Below are positions 28,561 through 38,023 of a DNA stretch of 44,713 bases, in pieces. The stretch is from a virus (Duplodnaviria; Caudoviricetes). The notes beneath the pieces were generated by a model that worked only from the letters and a program-made list of their open reading frames with translations, was not told where the DNA came from and searched no databases. Made by a program: the position numbers and the translations under genes. Within the stretch, counting starts at the first letter, position 1; every line of letters begins with the position of its first letter. The stretch spans positions 1 through 44,713 of the IMG/VR virus record IMGVR_UViG_3300023059_000291. The stretch is one strand, 5' to 3'.

Positions 28561-29907
28561 CTAAAGCGGCATGCTATCTCGCTCACCTTCAACACGTTTC
28601 AACTCTTCCTTAAAATCATGAGCTGGTAACTTTCCAGTAGCGATATATTCCCAGTACGTCTGGAAAGAGTTCTTGCCAGATATGGCACCTTCATAAAGTT
28701 GTTTAGCGAGATTGATATCGTATTGCTGAACGATAAATTCAGGCTCTACCGTGAATGCATATTTTGAAGAATCTAGCTTTAACCACTGAGCTGCATATTT
28801 AATCGACTGCTCAATAGCAGCAGCTGCACACATCACAATACTGTGTAAGCTTGCATGCTGATCATCCTGACGTGCACGGCGTGCTTCACCTGATTCCTGT
28901 GTATTCGTATCAACAACCTTTGCACCTGCTTCTAATGCGGCGTTCTTTTGCGCATCCATTTCACTCTTGGTAAGTTCGATACCATTACCTGAAATCTCTA
29001 AGTAACCGCATTGAGATTCACCAGGAAGGCTCCAGACTGCCATCACACCTGTAACACTAATATCTGGCTCATCATCATTGTCGATACCATTAATCCAAGG
29101 CTGAGGGTGCGCAGTATGGTGAAGTGACTGAAAGTAATCCGCACTGAGCTGATAACTCTTAAGTGCTGCTTTCGCCATAGTCAAAAGTGGAATAGTTCCA
29201 ACATTAGGGGAATTATCCGTGGTGCCGCAGAATACAAATGGTGTGAATGAAAGCTGATTCCCCCCAAGATCCGGAGTCTTATCTTCGTCATTAGAGCCAT
29301 CAAACAAACGGACAGTTAAAGCTCCTTCATGCATAGCTAAAACACGGTGGACCGTTTTAGTATCATGTCCGAATTCATCTTCGCTATTATCAAATTGCTC
29401 CTCGAGCACCAATAGCTTCAGATCCTTACGACCACCAATACTGTTTTCCTTCCAGTTGATGATAGATAACGCATTGTATAAGGCGAAATATGGAACGCCT
29501 TTAGAATCGACATCGACCAGTAAACCACAGCGACCATATTCCAATAACTCTAAGCAAATACGAATAAAGAGCTGTTTTAAGCCAAACCCATCATTAGTAG
29601 CATTCTCTACCAAGCTCTTTAGTAAATTGCTTTCAATGATGATGTTTGGTTCAAGCTTTGAAACTAAACCAATCATCGTTCGAAGTGAATCCTGAACCCA
29701 TAATGGATACTGAGCACGACTGAGATAAGCTTTATAAATCTCTCCAGTCTTATCTCCCTGCTTTTCTGCCTCAATCATGCCCGCCGATTTAGCAAGATAC
29801 TTGGTTTGTTCCTGTTTGATCTGCTCTTCGCCAGCAACGGCATCACGCATAATTTGCCAGCTTTTTTGTGCAGCAATATACTGCGGATGTTTATCAGTAA
29901 CTGCCAT
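28561..29907 (-). CDS. Portal protein (DUF4055-like)
   Basis: HPQY..WQIMRD, YLSRA, GRCGLLVD, LSADY; follows terminase. Confidence 0.9.
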   Translation of the reverse strand: MAVTDKHPQYIAAQKSWQIMRDAVAGEEQIKQEQTKYLAKSAGMIEAEKQGDKTGEIYKAYLSRAQYPLWVQDSLRTMIGLVSKLEPNIIIESNLLKSLVENATNDGFGLKQLFIRICLELLEYGRCGLLVDVDSKGVPYFALYNALSIINWKENSIGGRKDLKLLVLEEQFDNSEDEFGHDTKTVHRVLAMHEGALTVRLFDGSNDEDKTPDLGGNQLSFTPFVFCGTTDNSPNVGTIPLLTMAKAALKSYQLSADYFQSLHHTAHPQPWINGIDNDDEPDISVTGVMAVWSLPGESQCGYLEISGNGIELTKSEMDAQKNAALEAGAKVVDTNTQESGEARRARQDDQHASLHSIVMCAAAAIEQSIKYAAQWLKLDSSKYAFTVEPEFIVQQYDINLAKQLYEGAISGKNSFQTYWEYIATGKLPAHDFKEELKRVEGERDSMPL

Positions 29908-29946
29908 AAAAACACCAATAAAAAAGCACCTGAAAAGGTGCGTTGT

Positions 29947-31263
29947 TTAAGACATCCCTCGTATCCTTCGCATTCCCATTGATTTTTTATCAATCGGAAA
30001 TAGATAAGCGATTGGATAGGTTCCTGCATCATTCATGTGGTCAAATCCTGACTTTTTATCAGGCTGCCCATAATCATCATAAATTTGACGCTCTAAGCAT
30101 TTAGCGAAGTGAGGGCATTTTGTTACGTTCACAAAGAGTCTGCGCTCAGATAAGGTATTACAGAGCCTGCTGTTCATTGAGTTGATACGGTCTTTAACCG
30201 CAGGGTTTCTACTGTTCACAAGGACTTTAAATCCTGCTTTTCTGAGTAAAGCTAGATCCGTTTCACTTGCATTACTTGACTTTCGATTCTCACCTGAAGC
30301 ATCGGGATAAATAGCAATTTCATGATCAGGATATCGTTCCTGAATGGCCTCAATCATTGCTGGTGTATCAAAAAGATTTACGAACTCATCAACAGCATGC
30401 ATTTGTTCCCCACGGCGAACATATACAACAGCAGCCATTTTGGTAACGTTAAAGTCCATCCCGATATGAAGTACATCATTTACTTGAACTGTTTCAGTAG
30501 ATGCACTTAGTAAGCGATTAAAGCAATAGAAGATAACCCCCTGGTAACTCTCAAAGCTTGCCTCATATTCCTGGCTAAATGTCTTCGGATCCATCTTGCG
30601 CTTAGCAACAATGATCTCAGACTCAGGAATATTTCCGCCTTGCAATGATGTATAAGAAAAACTCTTACAGTCTGGTTCATGCCCCGGCTGACCATCCATG
30701 AAAGTGTCATAACAATGGTTGAAACCTTTGGGTGTTCCAATCCTTAAAACATGGCCCCCGACTCGCTGTACGCCGTTGACTATGTATTTACAAGTTGAAA
30801 GCATTGGGCGAAGTACTTCTTCCCATGCCGCCCATTTACAGTCTGCCCATTCATCAATAATTAAGAAAAATAAGCCAGATCCACGCAGATCGTCATAATT
30901 GTCCAAACCTACAACACGAATGACATGCCCACTTCTTAAAGTGATTGAACATTCGGTCTCATTCGGTTTTCCTGCTCGCCATGATGCAGGAATAGCCTGT
31001 TTTAATCGCTTCCAGAAAACCCGCTTTGCTTGCTTAAATGTAGGTGCTGCATACCAAATCTCATCCTCGACAGAAACATTCCATTTAGCTGCTAATCTTG
31101 CAGCTCTACGCATTTCCGCCTTGGCTAAGAAAGTCTTACCAAAACGTCGACCGCAAACAGCATCACGAAATCGGGCTTCAACCTGCCAGCCCCATAAATA
31201 AATATTTGCCTGCTTTGGCGTTAATTGAACTGAACCTTCAGGAGGATTAAAGAATTGGCTCAT
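29947..31263 (-). CDS. Terminase large subunit
   Basis: Walker A CGRRFGKT, Walker B IIDE, GTPKG, nuclease GMDFN and DHMND; ATG at 31263 preferred. Confidence 0.95.
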   Translation of the reverse strand: MSQFFNPPEGSVQLTPKQANIYLWGWQVEARFRDAVCGRRFGKTFLAKAEMRRAARLAAKWNVSVEDEIWYAAPTFKQAKRVFWKRLKQAIPASWRAGKPNETECSITLRSGHVIRVVGLDNYDDLRGSGLFFLIIDEWADCKWAAWEEVLRPMLSTCKYIVNGVQRVGGHVLRIGTPKGFNHCYDTFMDGQPGHEPDCKSFSYTSLQGGNIPESEIIVAKRKMDPKTFSQEYEASFESYQGVIFYCFNRLLSASTETVQVNDVLHIGMDFNVTKMAAVVYVRRGEQMHAVDEFVNLFDTPAMIEAIQERYPDHEIAIYPDASGENRKSSNASETDLALLRKAGFKVLVNSRNPAVKDRINSMNSRLCNTLSERRLFVNVTKCPHFAKCLERQIYDDYGQPDKKSGFDHMNDAGTYPIAYLFPIDKKSMGMRRIRGMS

Positions 31264-31804
31264 TAGGTATCTCCTCATCAGGATTCAGCACAAGCTTGTA
31301 ATCCTCTTCAGGTGGACGATACTCTGGTGGATTCACTTCACGTTGTAACTTCTGAAGTTCAAGCTTTTTAATCTCAAGCTCTACTTCAGCTTTTGTTTGA
31401 GCTTCATCAGGATTTTTACCTTTATTTCCCTGCTCAGCTTTCTTGTCATAAAAACCTTTTGTGATCTTTTGCATTTGATCCACAATTTGGATTGTCATCC
31501 TCACATTATTCTTTTTAGACCACAGCAGATCATTCAGGATTTTCAACTGGACAATGTCATTCACCCCACTGATTTTATTAAGTGGTTGACTTAGATAATC
31601 ATCACGAGTTTTTTCAAATACATCTTTAAATTCCTTACTTAAATCCCTACCAGCAACTTTAGTTGGATCATAAGATTCAACTTGTTGACGAGAGACATTG
31701 ATATCAAATTCTTCCTTGACGAGTATCACTGTTTCTTGAGGTGTATTAAAAACAGCAAGTGACTGCACAATAAAGAGTTTTTGCTTTTTATTTAAAGTCG
31801 CCAT
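31247..31804 (-). CDS. Terminase small subunit (DUF2280-like)
   Basis: FIVQSLAVFNTP..SRQQVESYDPTK; overlaps terminase large start. Confidence 0.85.
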   Translation of the reverse strand: MATLNKKQKLFIVQSLAVFNTPQETVILVKEEFDINVSRQQVESYDPTKVAGRDLSKEFKDVFEKTRDDYLSQPLNKISGVNDIVQLKILNDLLWSKKNNVRMTIQIVDQMQKITKGFYDKKAEQGNKGKNPDEAQTKAEVELEIKKLELQKLQREVNPPEYRPPEEDYKLVLNPDEEIPNEPIL

Positions 31805-31863
31805 TTCTCTCTATCCGTCAAGGTACGTCAAGGAAACATGGCAAAAAAAATGAGCCAAAAGGC

Positions 31864-32505
31864 TCAACTTATTAAACATGTCCCGCAGCACTTGGAAATA
31901 TTTACATCTGATACAAACGGCGATTGCTTCGCCACTTCTAGTAGGCGCTTTACGCTTTCATCCGCTCCCCATCTTTTTACTACGCCAACAAATTCTTCAA
32001 CATCGTGACCTGCCAAATAATGTTTTGGTAAGCCAGTCATATCACTGTAAAGAGGCTCGCCATCTTGATCGCGCTCAACTCCGATATGATAAAGCTCGTG
32101 TTCAATTAAAGCGCAAAAGTCTCGGTCCGTAGCTTGTTCACAGAAACTTGCATCAATAGTAATAAGATAAGTTGGCACATAGCCAAACCAATCACGCATT
32201 TGCTGCTCTTGACGAGCTTTCTTCCATCCACCTTGATTGAACATTACCTTTTCGCATTGACCTAGAACCATACGCTTTTTAGCAACACATGCAGATGATG
32301 CCCATGCACAAGCTAGAAAAGCTTCGTTGTCGTGAAGTAGCTCAGCAATATGATCGTGATCAGGGTTATGTAGTGGTCCACCAATAGTTAAAAAGTTTGT
32401 GATCATCCAATTCATTAAGTCTGGTGCGGGAGCCAATCTAATTGCCTCATCCTCTTCAGCTTTATCAATCAAGTCCTGAGGCGGGAATGGTCTAATCTGA
32501 TCCAT
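31864..32505 (-). CDS. Putative phage metallopeptidase
   Basis: LIEHELYH (HExxH) and HDVEEF motifs. Confidence 0.8.
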   Translation of the reverse strand: MDQIRPFPPQDLIDKAEEDEAIRLAPAPDLMNWMITNFLTIGGPLHNPDHDHIAELLHDNEAFLACAWASSACVAKKRMVLGQCEKVMFNQGGWKKARQEQQMRDWFGYVPTYLITIDASFCEQATDRDFCALIEHELYHIGVERDQDGEPLYSDMTGLPKHYLAGHDVEEFVGVVKRWGADESVKRLLEVAKQSPFVSDVNISKCCGTCLIS

Positions 32506-32902
32506 TTTCTATTCTCGCTAATTCGCTCATAATCCAGTTAATTGCATAACCTGATTCAATTTGATGAGGTTCAAGACGCTCAAGTTTAAAACCCTTATCT
32601 AAAGCAAGATTATATTTGCCCAAGGCATTTGCTATCTTTCTACCACCACGCCCCACTGCCCAAGGACTACCAGCGATTTCTATAAGAAGACCTAACTTCA
32701 CAATATAAAAATCAAATCGCCAATTTTTGGTTGATTCAAATTGAAATTCTCGGCGGTATCCAATTCGATGTTCTTCTAGTTCTTGAAATAATGTTTCTTC
32801 AGCCTCTAGATATTTTTGAGTAGCTTTAGGCAATGGTCGGCTTTTAGTTTTAGATTTGGGCTCTTTTTTTCTTGTAAGCCAAAAGTATTCTTTAACTTCC
32901 AT
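32492..32902 (-). CDS. DUF559/Vsr-like endonuclease homologue
   Basis: REFQF..WRFDF..LLIEI pattern; paralogous to 37631-38023. Confidence 0.7.
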   Translation of the reverse strand: MEVKEYFWLTRKKEPKSKTKSRPLPKATQKYLEAEETLFQELEEHRIGYRREFQFESTKNWRFDFYIVKLGLLIEIAGSPWAVGRGGRKIANALGKYNLALDKGFKLERLEPHQIESGYAINWIMSELARIENGSD

Positions 32903-33067
32903 CTAATACCCTCAAAATAAATATATTATCTATTTACATTTAAAGATTAAGTTACAACATAATTATATATATTCTTTAATGCTTAATAATTTTCTATTAT
33001 AAAAAATTTACCAAATGGTAAAAATATCCATTCGGTATTTATAAAATTAACTAAATGAGTATATAAC

Positions 33068-33325
33068 ATGAAGAAAAAACTAATTTTTTTAGTAACAATA
33101 ACCCTCGCAACATTATCCCTCGGGACAACTGCTAGTGAGGAAAAACAACAACCCAAAAGTCTTTTAGAGATACTTCAACCAGCAGCTGGTGATTATGAAT
33201 ACTGCCGCTTACAGTATGAAAATTGCCGAAATGGCGTAGGTGCTTTCCAAGGCCTTCAAGAAACTTGGAAATGTCAAACTGCTTTTGATCGTTGCCGTAC
33301 TTCAGGTATTTTTTCATTACCATAA
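33068..33325 (+). CDS. Small secreted four-Cys protein (moron)
   Basis: Signal peptide; CX6C-X15-CX6C. Confidence 0.7.
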   Translation: MKKKLIFLVTITLATLSLGTTASEEKQQPKSLLEILQPAAGDYEYCRLQYENCRNGVGAFQGLQETWKCQTAFDRCRTSGIFSLP

Positions 33326-33395
33326 TTCCATAGACCTTCAAGATTTTGTACTGGAAACTTTCAGTACAAAATCTTTCATAAATGCGAGATAAGAA

Positions 33396-33731
33396 ATGAA
33401 ACAACAACCATCTGCAAATGATTTAAATGTCATAAATGAAAAACTTAAAAATCTTGATGATTCAATAAAAGAATTATTAGAGTCAACTTATGAGTATTTT
33501 GATAATGATCAATATTACAGTATTGAATCCGCATTTTTACTTGATCATGCTCTAAATATTAAAATGCATTTTTATAAGTCATATCCTGAATTGGCACCAG
33601 AGCATCTAAAAGATGTTGAGTATGACCGGATTGTTCATATCGAAAATACTCAAGTATCTCATATTCGTGAAAAGAATCCAGAAGATAGTTTGGATCAGAT
33701 ACAGCCACAATATTCCCAAAATGAGAGTTAA
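33396..33731 (+). CDS. Hypothetical acidic protein (moron)
   Basis: 111-aa ORF followed by hairpin terminator at 33752-33789. Confidence 0.6.
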   Translation: MKQQPSANDLNVINEKLKNLDDSIKELLESTYEYFDNDQYYSIESAFLLDHALNIKMHFYKSYPELAPEHLKDVEYDRIVHIENTQVSHIREKNPEDSLDQIQPQYSQNES

Positions 33732-33751
33732 CTTACCTAACTATTAATAGT

Positions 33752-33811
33752 AAAAAGCCCCGCCAATAATCGATATTTAGCGGGGCTTTATATGCCGTAA
33801 TACGTCCGGCA
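33752..33811. terminator. Bidirectional terminator with adjacent GC-rich hairpin
   Basis: AAAGCCCCGC...GCGGGGCTTT stem plus TGCCG-TAATACGTC-CGGCA hairpin. Confidence 0.65.
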
Positions 33812-33821
33812 AACGATAAAA

Positions 33822-34040
33822 CTAACTTTTAGCTGAGCGAAGAATTTCTAAAACTTCATTTGATAGCTTATGTAGATCAATTCCATGAGGATGCCAGAAC
33901 TGATACATAACATTGTCACGATTATAAATTTGAAGGTAATAAGTTGATGTGTAGCTTGGGTCAATTTCTGAAGCTTTAAGTAGCTTTCCTTCTTTTTCTA
34001 TAAAATGCCCATCCAATTCACCACCAACACAAAGTGTCAT
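33822..34040 (-). CDS. Small hypothetical protein (N-terminal GGxxDG family)
   Basis: MTLCVGGELDG; similar to 35174-35491. Confidence 0.65.
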   Translation of the reverse strand: MTLCVGGELDGHFIEKEGKLLKASEIDPSYTSTYYLQIYNRDNVMYQFWHPHGIDLHKLSNEVLEILRSAKS

Positions 34041-34140
34041 TCTATTTACCAGCTTTTAATTAGAATGGACTATAGCACAAAACAAAAAAGCCCATCAGAT
34101 GATGAGCTGTTAATAAATATAGTTTAGTTATCTTTAATCT

Positions 34141-34195
34141 AATCGGTGAACTGCTGCTTAGAATGGGATGCTCTATCCTACTGATCTATAGAGCA
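34141..34195 (-). pseudogene. Decayed tRNA-Arg(UCU) remnant
   Basis: Minus strand TA-GATC-AGTAGGATA-GAGC-A-TCCC-ATTCTAA-GC matches D-arm and anticodon loop of tRNA-Arg(UCU); T-arm and acceptor stem are broken. Confidence 0.6.
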
Positions 34196-34209
34196 AAGCT
34201 GCAATCAAA

Positions 34210-34728
34210 CTATTTTCTGTATAATGCAATCTCTAATAAAATTCTTTTATATGCATAATTATTCGTTATCAAAGCATGAATATATTTAGAAGCTAATGGT
34301 TTCGATTCATTAACATCTATTCCCGTGGTTATTTCTTGCGAAAATATCCTGAGCTTTGATAAAGTTGATTCAAATTCATAATCTAGTTGCACGAAATAAC
34401 GTTCTAATGGTATATCCTTTTTAGCATCACAAATAAACAAGGCTGAATAAAATATTTCTAACCTTTTTTTATCTAATTCATCTATTTTATCATTAAATTT
34501 TTTGTGCATTTCTCTAGTTGGATAAGTATTAATCGTAGCTTGTATTAATTGTTCTAGCTCACTCGTCATAGTGCTCATTGCATTTAGTAAAGCTATTGTG
34601 TTCTTAGCCTCAGTGGCGATTACCTCTTTTTCTTTTTGCTTATGCCAAATTAAGTAAACAATTAACGCAAGAATAAAAGGTGTTAGTACCTTAAAAATCT
34701 CTAAAGCAATTTTTAAATAAGAATCCAA
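34210..34728 (-). CDS. Single-TM membrane moron protein
   Basis: TM ending LIVYLIWHKQK then helical domain; TTG start. Confidence 0.7.
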   Translation of the reverse strand: MDSYLKIALEIFKVLTPFILALIVYLIWHKQKEKEVIATEAKNTIALLNAMSTMTSELEQLIQATINTYPTREMHKKFNDKIDELDKKRLEIFYSALFICDAKKDIPLERYFVQLDYEFESTLSKLRIFSQEITTGIDVNESKPLASKYIHALITNNYAYKRILLEIALYRK

Positions 34729-34822
34729 ATCTCAAAAGCCCCATAATTTTACTTGTTAGTTAAATTATATCAGATTGTTATTTTGGTTAATAAAAAAGCT
34801 CGCATATAGGTGAGCTCAAATG

Positions 34823-35014
34823 TCAAAAATTGATATCGATGTTATCAAAAACTGATGATGCAAAATCGGCTATATCTTTTCCAATTTCAACAATTAGGTC
34901 TGTCACATCGACAGGATCCGGATTCACAGAATTAAGCACCGAGTTTTCCTGCTTTTGCTCATTATCGACATCTAATTGCCCTAAGTTATTAATTGGGTCA
35001 TTTTGATTTTGCAT
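34823..35014 (-). CDS. Small acidic hypothetical protein
   Basis: 63-aa ORF followed by terminator hairpin 34792-34816. Confidence 0.55.
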   Translation of the reverse strand: MQNQNDPINNLGQLDVDNEQKQENSVLNSVNPDPVDVTDLIVEIGKDIADFASSVFDNIDINF

Positions 35015-35173
35015 TAATTTAAATCAATAAAGCTCAGTTAAGGTTACTTTATCTGAATCAAGTCTGATTTTAAATAAAAATACATTCTGGGCGCATTTGG
35101 TGAACAGAAAATGAAAGCCAACTTCATTTTTCATACATATCAACCAATAAAAAACCCTCCGAAGAGGGCTTTT

Positions 35174-35491
35174 TTAATCAAAATCATATCCAAATACATC
35201 TGATAAATTCCAATTTTCTGCAGAAAGATTTTGGATTTCTGGTCTATCAAGTTCATTAAATATATAGAAATATTTGAAAGTTCTATTCCGTCTCAACATC
35301 ATCAGAATATATTTTTCTTCAACTTTAATTTCATCAATAGATTTACCTTGCTTAATTAACTCATGTTGTTTCCAATGCGTCTTCTCTTTATTTTCAACTT
35401 TGTAAATTTGAGGTAAGTTTTTTTGATCCCCTTCAAATTCAAAATCGTTATAAATGCCATCCCAAAGACCACCAATAAAACAAACTTTCAT
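35174..35491 (-). CDS. Hypothetical protein (N-terminal GGxxDG family)
   Basis: MKVCFIGGLWDG; SD upstream; terminator 35148-35175. Confidence 0.65.
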   Translation of the reverse strand: MKVCFIGGLWDGIYNDFEFEGDQKNLPQIYKVENKEKTHWKQHELIKQGKSIDEIKVEEKYILMMLRRNRTFKYFYIFNELDRPEIQNLSAENWNLSDVFGYDFD

Positions 35492-35619
35492 ATACTCTTT
35501 CCTATCATTTTCTCAGAAATTCCAATATTGAGAATAATGCATAAAGTTTTTATTGAGGAAAAAATAAATAAAAAAACCTCGCCAATAATCGATGTTTAAC
35601 ATGAAAGCATGAGTAAATT

Positions 35620-36894
35620 TTAACCTGCCTCATTGTTTTTATTATCAAAGTCTTGATGTTCTGAAGCCAATTTAATTTTATTGCTAATTATAGACTTTAA
35701 AATTCCATCAATTTCATGAGCCTTATAAATGTAATTTTCGAGTTCACTATGTTCAAATTCCTCAATATGAATTAACTGATTTCTATAATATCTAAGCTCT
35801 TGCAAAGAATAATACAACTTACGATCAATAATACCACTGTCTATTAAAGGTCTTAATAATCTAGAAGAACTTAGAGTAATTCTATGATCTATATTATTAT
35901 TAGGATCAATCATTCTTATAATTTTAAGAATCGAACTTTCAATTCCTTTCCATAATAGTAGAAATTCTCCATATTTTTCATTTATATTTATATTTACACT
36001 ATCCAGAATATCATTTTTTTCTTCTTCTTTGACTTCAATATCACTTAATTTCTCCAAAGCAGCCATAATAATTTCTTGAACTTTTTTAGATTTAGTCAAC
36101 AAATTATCATATTGTTCTTTTGTTAAGAAGTTATTATGAGCGACAGTACATCTTATTTTATATAATTCTTCCCAACTAGTCTTAAGTTCCTCAGAAGAAC
36201 AATTAATTATTGGTTGAAAATACCTATCCCAATTTGACATTGGAAGTTTATTTTTTAAATTCTTTAAATCATCTAAGGAAATCTCTTCGGATTGACGTAT
36301 AAAACTAAAGATACTATTGGATTTATCAGTAGAAACTTCTCTAAAAAGAAAGTTAGATAATTGTATAAAATCAGTCTTATATAGTATATTTTGACTCTCT
36401 ACTTTTTTTATTTCGCTCCTTAAAGAGTCTAGAACCTCTAAGGGAGAATTATATGTAATTGAGTTTTTCCCAACTTTAGTTATCATAAATTTGGTAATTA
36501 ATTTACGCATTGAATTTTCTAATTCATGGATTATGGGGTATGCCTTTATTGCATAATCACTTCTAATATCATCCCTTAAAACTAATGGTTCTTTTTCATT
36601 TGATACTTTAGCTAAAATTGTTCTTACTGCTTTCAGTAATTCATCAAAACTATCTCGATCTTCATCATTGGAATTTGTAAATATTAAATGATAAAAATTA
36701 CTATTAGCGTCTCCTGAAATTGCGCCTTTGGATACATCAAAACCGAATACTTTTTCTTTCCATAAAATATTGTGCCTTGCAAAAGAAATATACTCAGATG
36801 CACTTAATAGTGACTTAAAGTTTGTAACTGAGCTACAAATACCTAAATTTGAGTCAAATGTACATAAATATTCAACAGTCTTTAATGATTTCAT
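35620..36894 (-). CDS. Tandem HEPN-domain protein (Swt1-like HEPN plus second HEPN)
   Basis: LENSMR..DFIQL..RCTVAH and IE..RNQLIH Rx4H motifs; very AT-rich. Confidence 0.75.
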   Translation of the reverse strand: MKSLKTVEYLCTFDSNLGICSSVTNFKSLLSASEYISFARHNILWKEKVFGFDVSKGAISGDANSNFYHLIFTNSNDEDRDSFDELLKAVRTILAKVSNEKEPLVLRDDIRSDYAIKAYPIIHELENSMRKLITKFMITKVGKNSITYNSPLEVLDSLRSEIKKVESQNILYKTDFIQLSNFLFREVSTDKSNSIFSFIRQSEEISLDDLKNLKNKLPMSNWDRYFQPIINCSSEELKTSWEELYKIRCTVAHNNFLTKEQYDNLLTKSKKVQEIIMAALEKLSDIEVKEEEKNDILDSVNININEKYGEFLLLWKGIESSILKIIRMIDPNNNIDHRITLSSSRLLRPLIDSGIIDRKLYYSLQELRYYRNQLIHIEEFEHSELENYIYKAHEIDGILKSIISNKIKLASEHQDFDNKNNEAG

Positions 36895-37022
36895 TATATT
36901 TTACAAATTCCAATATTCTTGCAATTTACCACTAAAATTTAGTTATTAAAACTTCAAAATATTGAATATTTTAAATAATTATTACTCTATCTTGATCTTT
37001 GAACCATTAAAAAATCTAAAAG

Positions 37023-37050
37023 AAAAAAAGCCCACCAAATGATGAGCTTT
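37023..37050 (-). terminator. Terminator downstream of Q-like gene (tR'-like)
   Basis: Minus strand AAAGCTCATC-ATTT-GGTGGGCTTTTTTT. Confidence 0.7.
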
Positions 37051-37115
37051 AATACCAGTGTTTTAAATACACTTCGAACACTGTAACACGAATATGCCAC
37101 ACCCTGTATTTACAG

Positions 37116-37634
37116 TCAAGAAGATTGATTTTCCACTACTACTATCTTAATAAACTTTTCAATTTGAAAATGCGGATAACGTGACTTAATAAAAGCTAAG
37201 CCACATTTAATGTCCTGTTGAATTTGTGACCCGTAAGTTTCATTACTTTTTGCAATATCACGAATCGATTCGCCCATCACATAATGCCACCAGATTGCCC
37301 CGATCCATTCCTGAAGAACCTCATCATCTATAGATTGAAGATCAAGTATCACTCTATGGATTGCACGTGCTTCATTATCGTTTAACTGACAACAAGTGCC
37401 TTTACGGCGAATACACAAGCGATCTTTCAAAGTTTCATCACTCATGTACATAGCCATAAGCTTTTCACGTTGTTTTTGAGTGATGCGTTTTGTCGGCATG
37501 GTTTTAACAATTTTGACCATTGTTTCAGTATCGCCATTTAGCCAAGCTCCAAGCTGGCGGCACCATTCTTCAAAACTATATTTAGACCAATCGACCGCTT
37601 GTAAAATGTGTTGTACTGGCATATTCATATTCAT
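37116..37634 (-). CDS. Late-gene antitermination protein Q-like
   Basis: LGAW N-terminal motif, C-terminal HTH (SIRDIAK); last early-right gene before late region. Confidence 0.75.
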   Translation of the reverse strand: MNMNMPVQHILQAVDWSKYSFEEWCRQLGAWLNGDTETMVKIVKTMPTKRITQKQREKLMAMYMSDETLKDRLCIRRKGTCCQLNDNEARAIHRVILDLQSIDDEVLQEWIGAIWWHYVMGESIRDIAKSNETYGSQIQQDIKCGLAFIKSRYPHFQIEKFIKIVVVENQSS

Positions 37635-38023
37635 CCCACCAATTGCTCAATTTGTTTAATCGCCAAGCCTGCTTTAACTTGCTCTGTACTGAACCTTAAA
37701 ACTGTAAATCCCATCATTGCCGCTTCGTTGTATTTCTCCATATCCCCTAGATAACCTTTACCTCTTGTGTGACGTCCACCACTCCAGATCCCGCCTTCGA
37801 CTTCAACCAAAATCTTTGTACCCGTAATTAAAAAATCCGCCCGCCACTTTCGTTTCGGGTGGAACTTGTATTCCTGCTCAAAATTAATCTTGCAGGCTTT
37901 AAGATGTGTTGCTAATAGAACCTCCCCCATACTTGGTTCACGTGTTTGCTTTGCTGAACGGCGCTTTTTATTTTTCTGAATAGGAAATAACTCACGATAT
38001 TCAGCAAGGCTCATTGATGTCAT
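37631..38023 (-). CDS. DUF559-like endonuclease (nin region)
   Basis: EYKFHPKRKWRADF..VEVEGG..RH..DMEKYN. Confidence 0.85.
   Translation of the reverse strand: MTSMSLAEYRELFPIQKNKKRRSAKQTREPSMGEVLLATHLKACKINFEQEYKFHPKRKWRADFLITGTKILVEVEGGIWSGGRHTRGKGYLGDMEKYNEAAMMGFTVLRFSTEQVKAGLAIKQIEQLVG

Noticed and set aside
1677-32132. Many short ORFs antisense or out of frame within long genes (e.g. 1677, 1988, 5415, 8235, 9566, 25799, 27626, 30899, 31878)
   Set aside because: Fully nested in well-supported genes with no independent signals
35080-35110. Minus-strand CACCA-AAT-GCGCCCA, resembling a junction of two tRNA genes
   Set aside because: Too short, and flanks do not fold as tRNA
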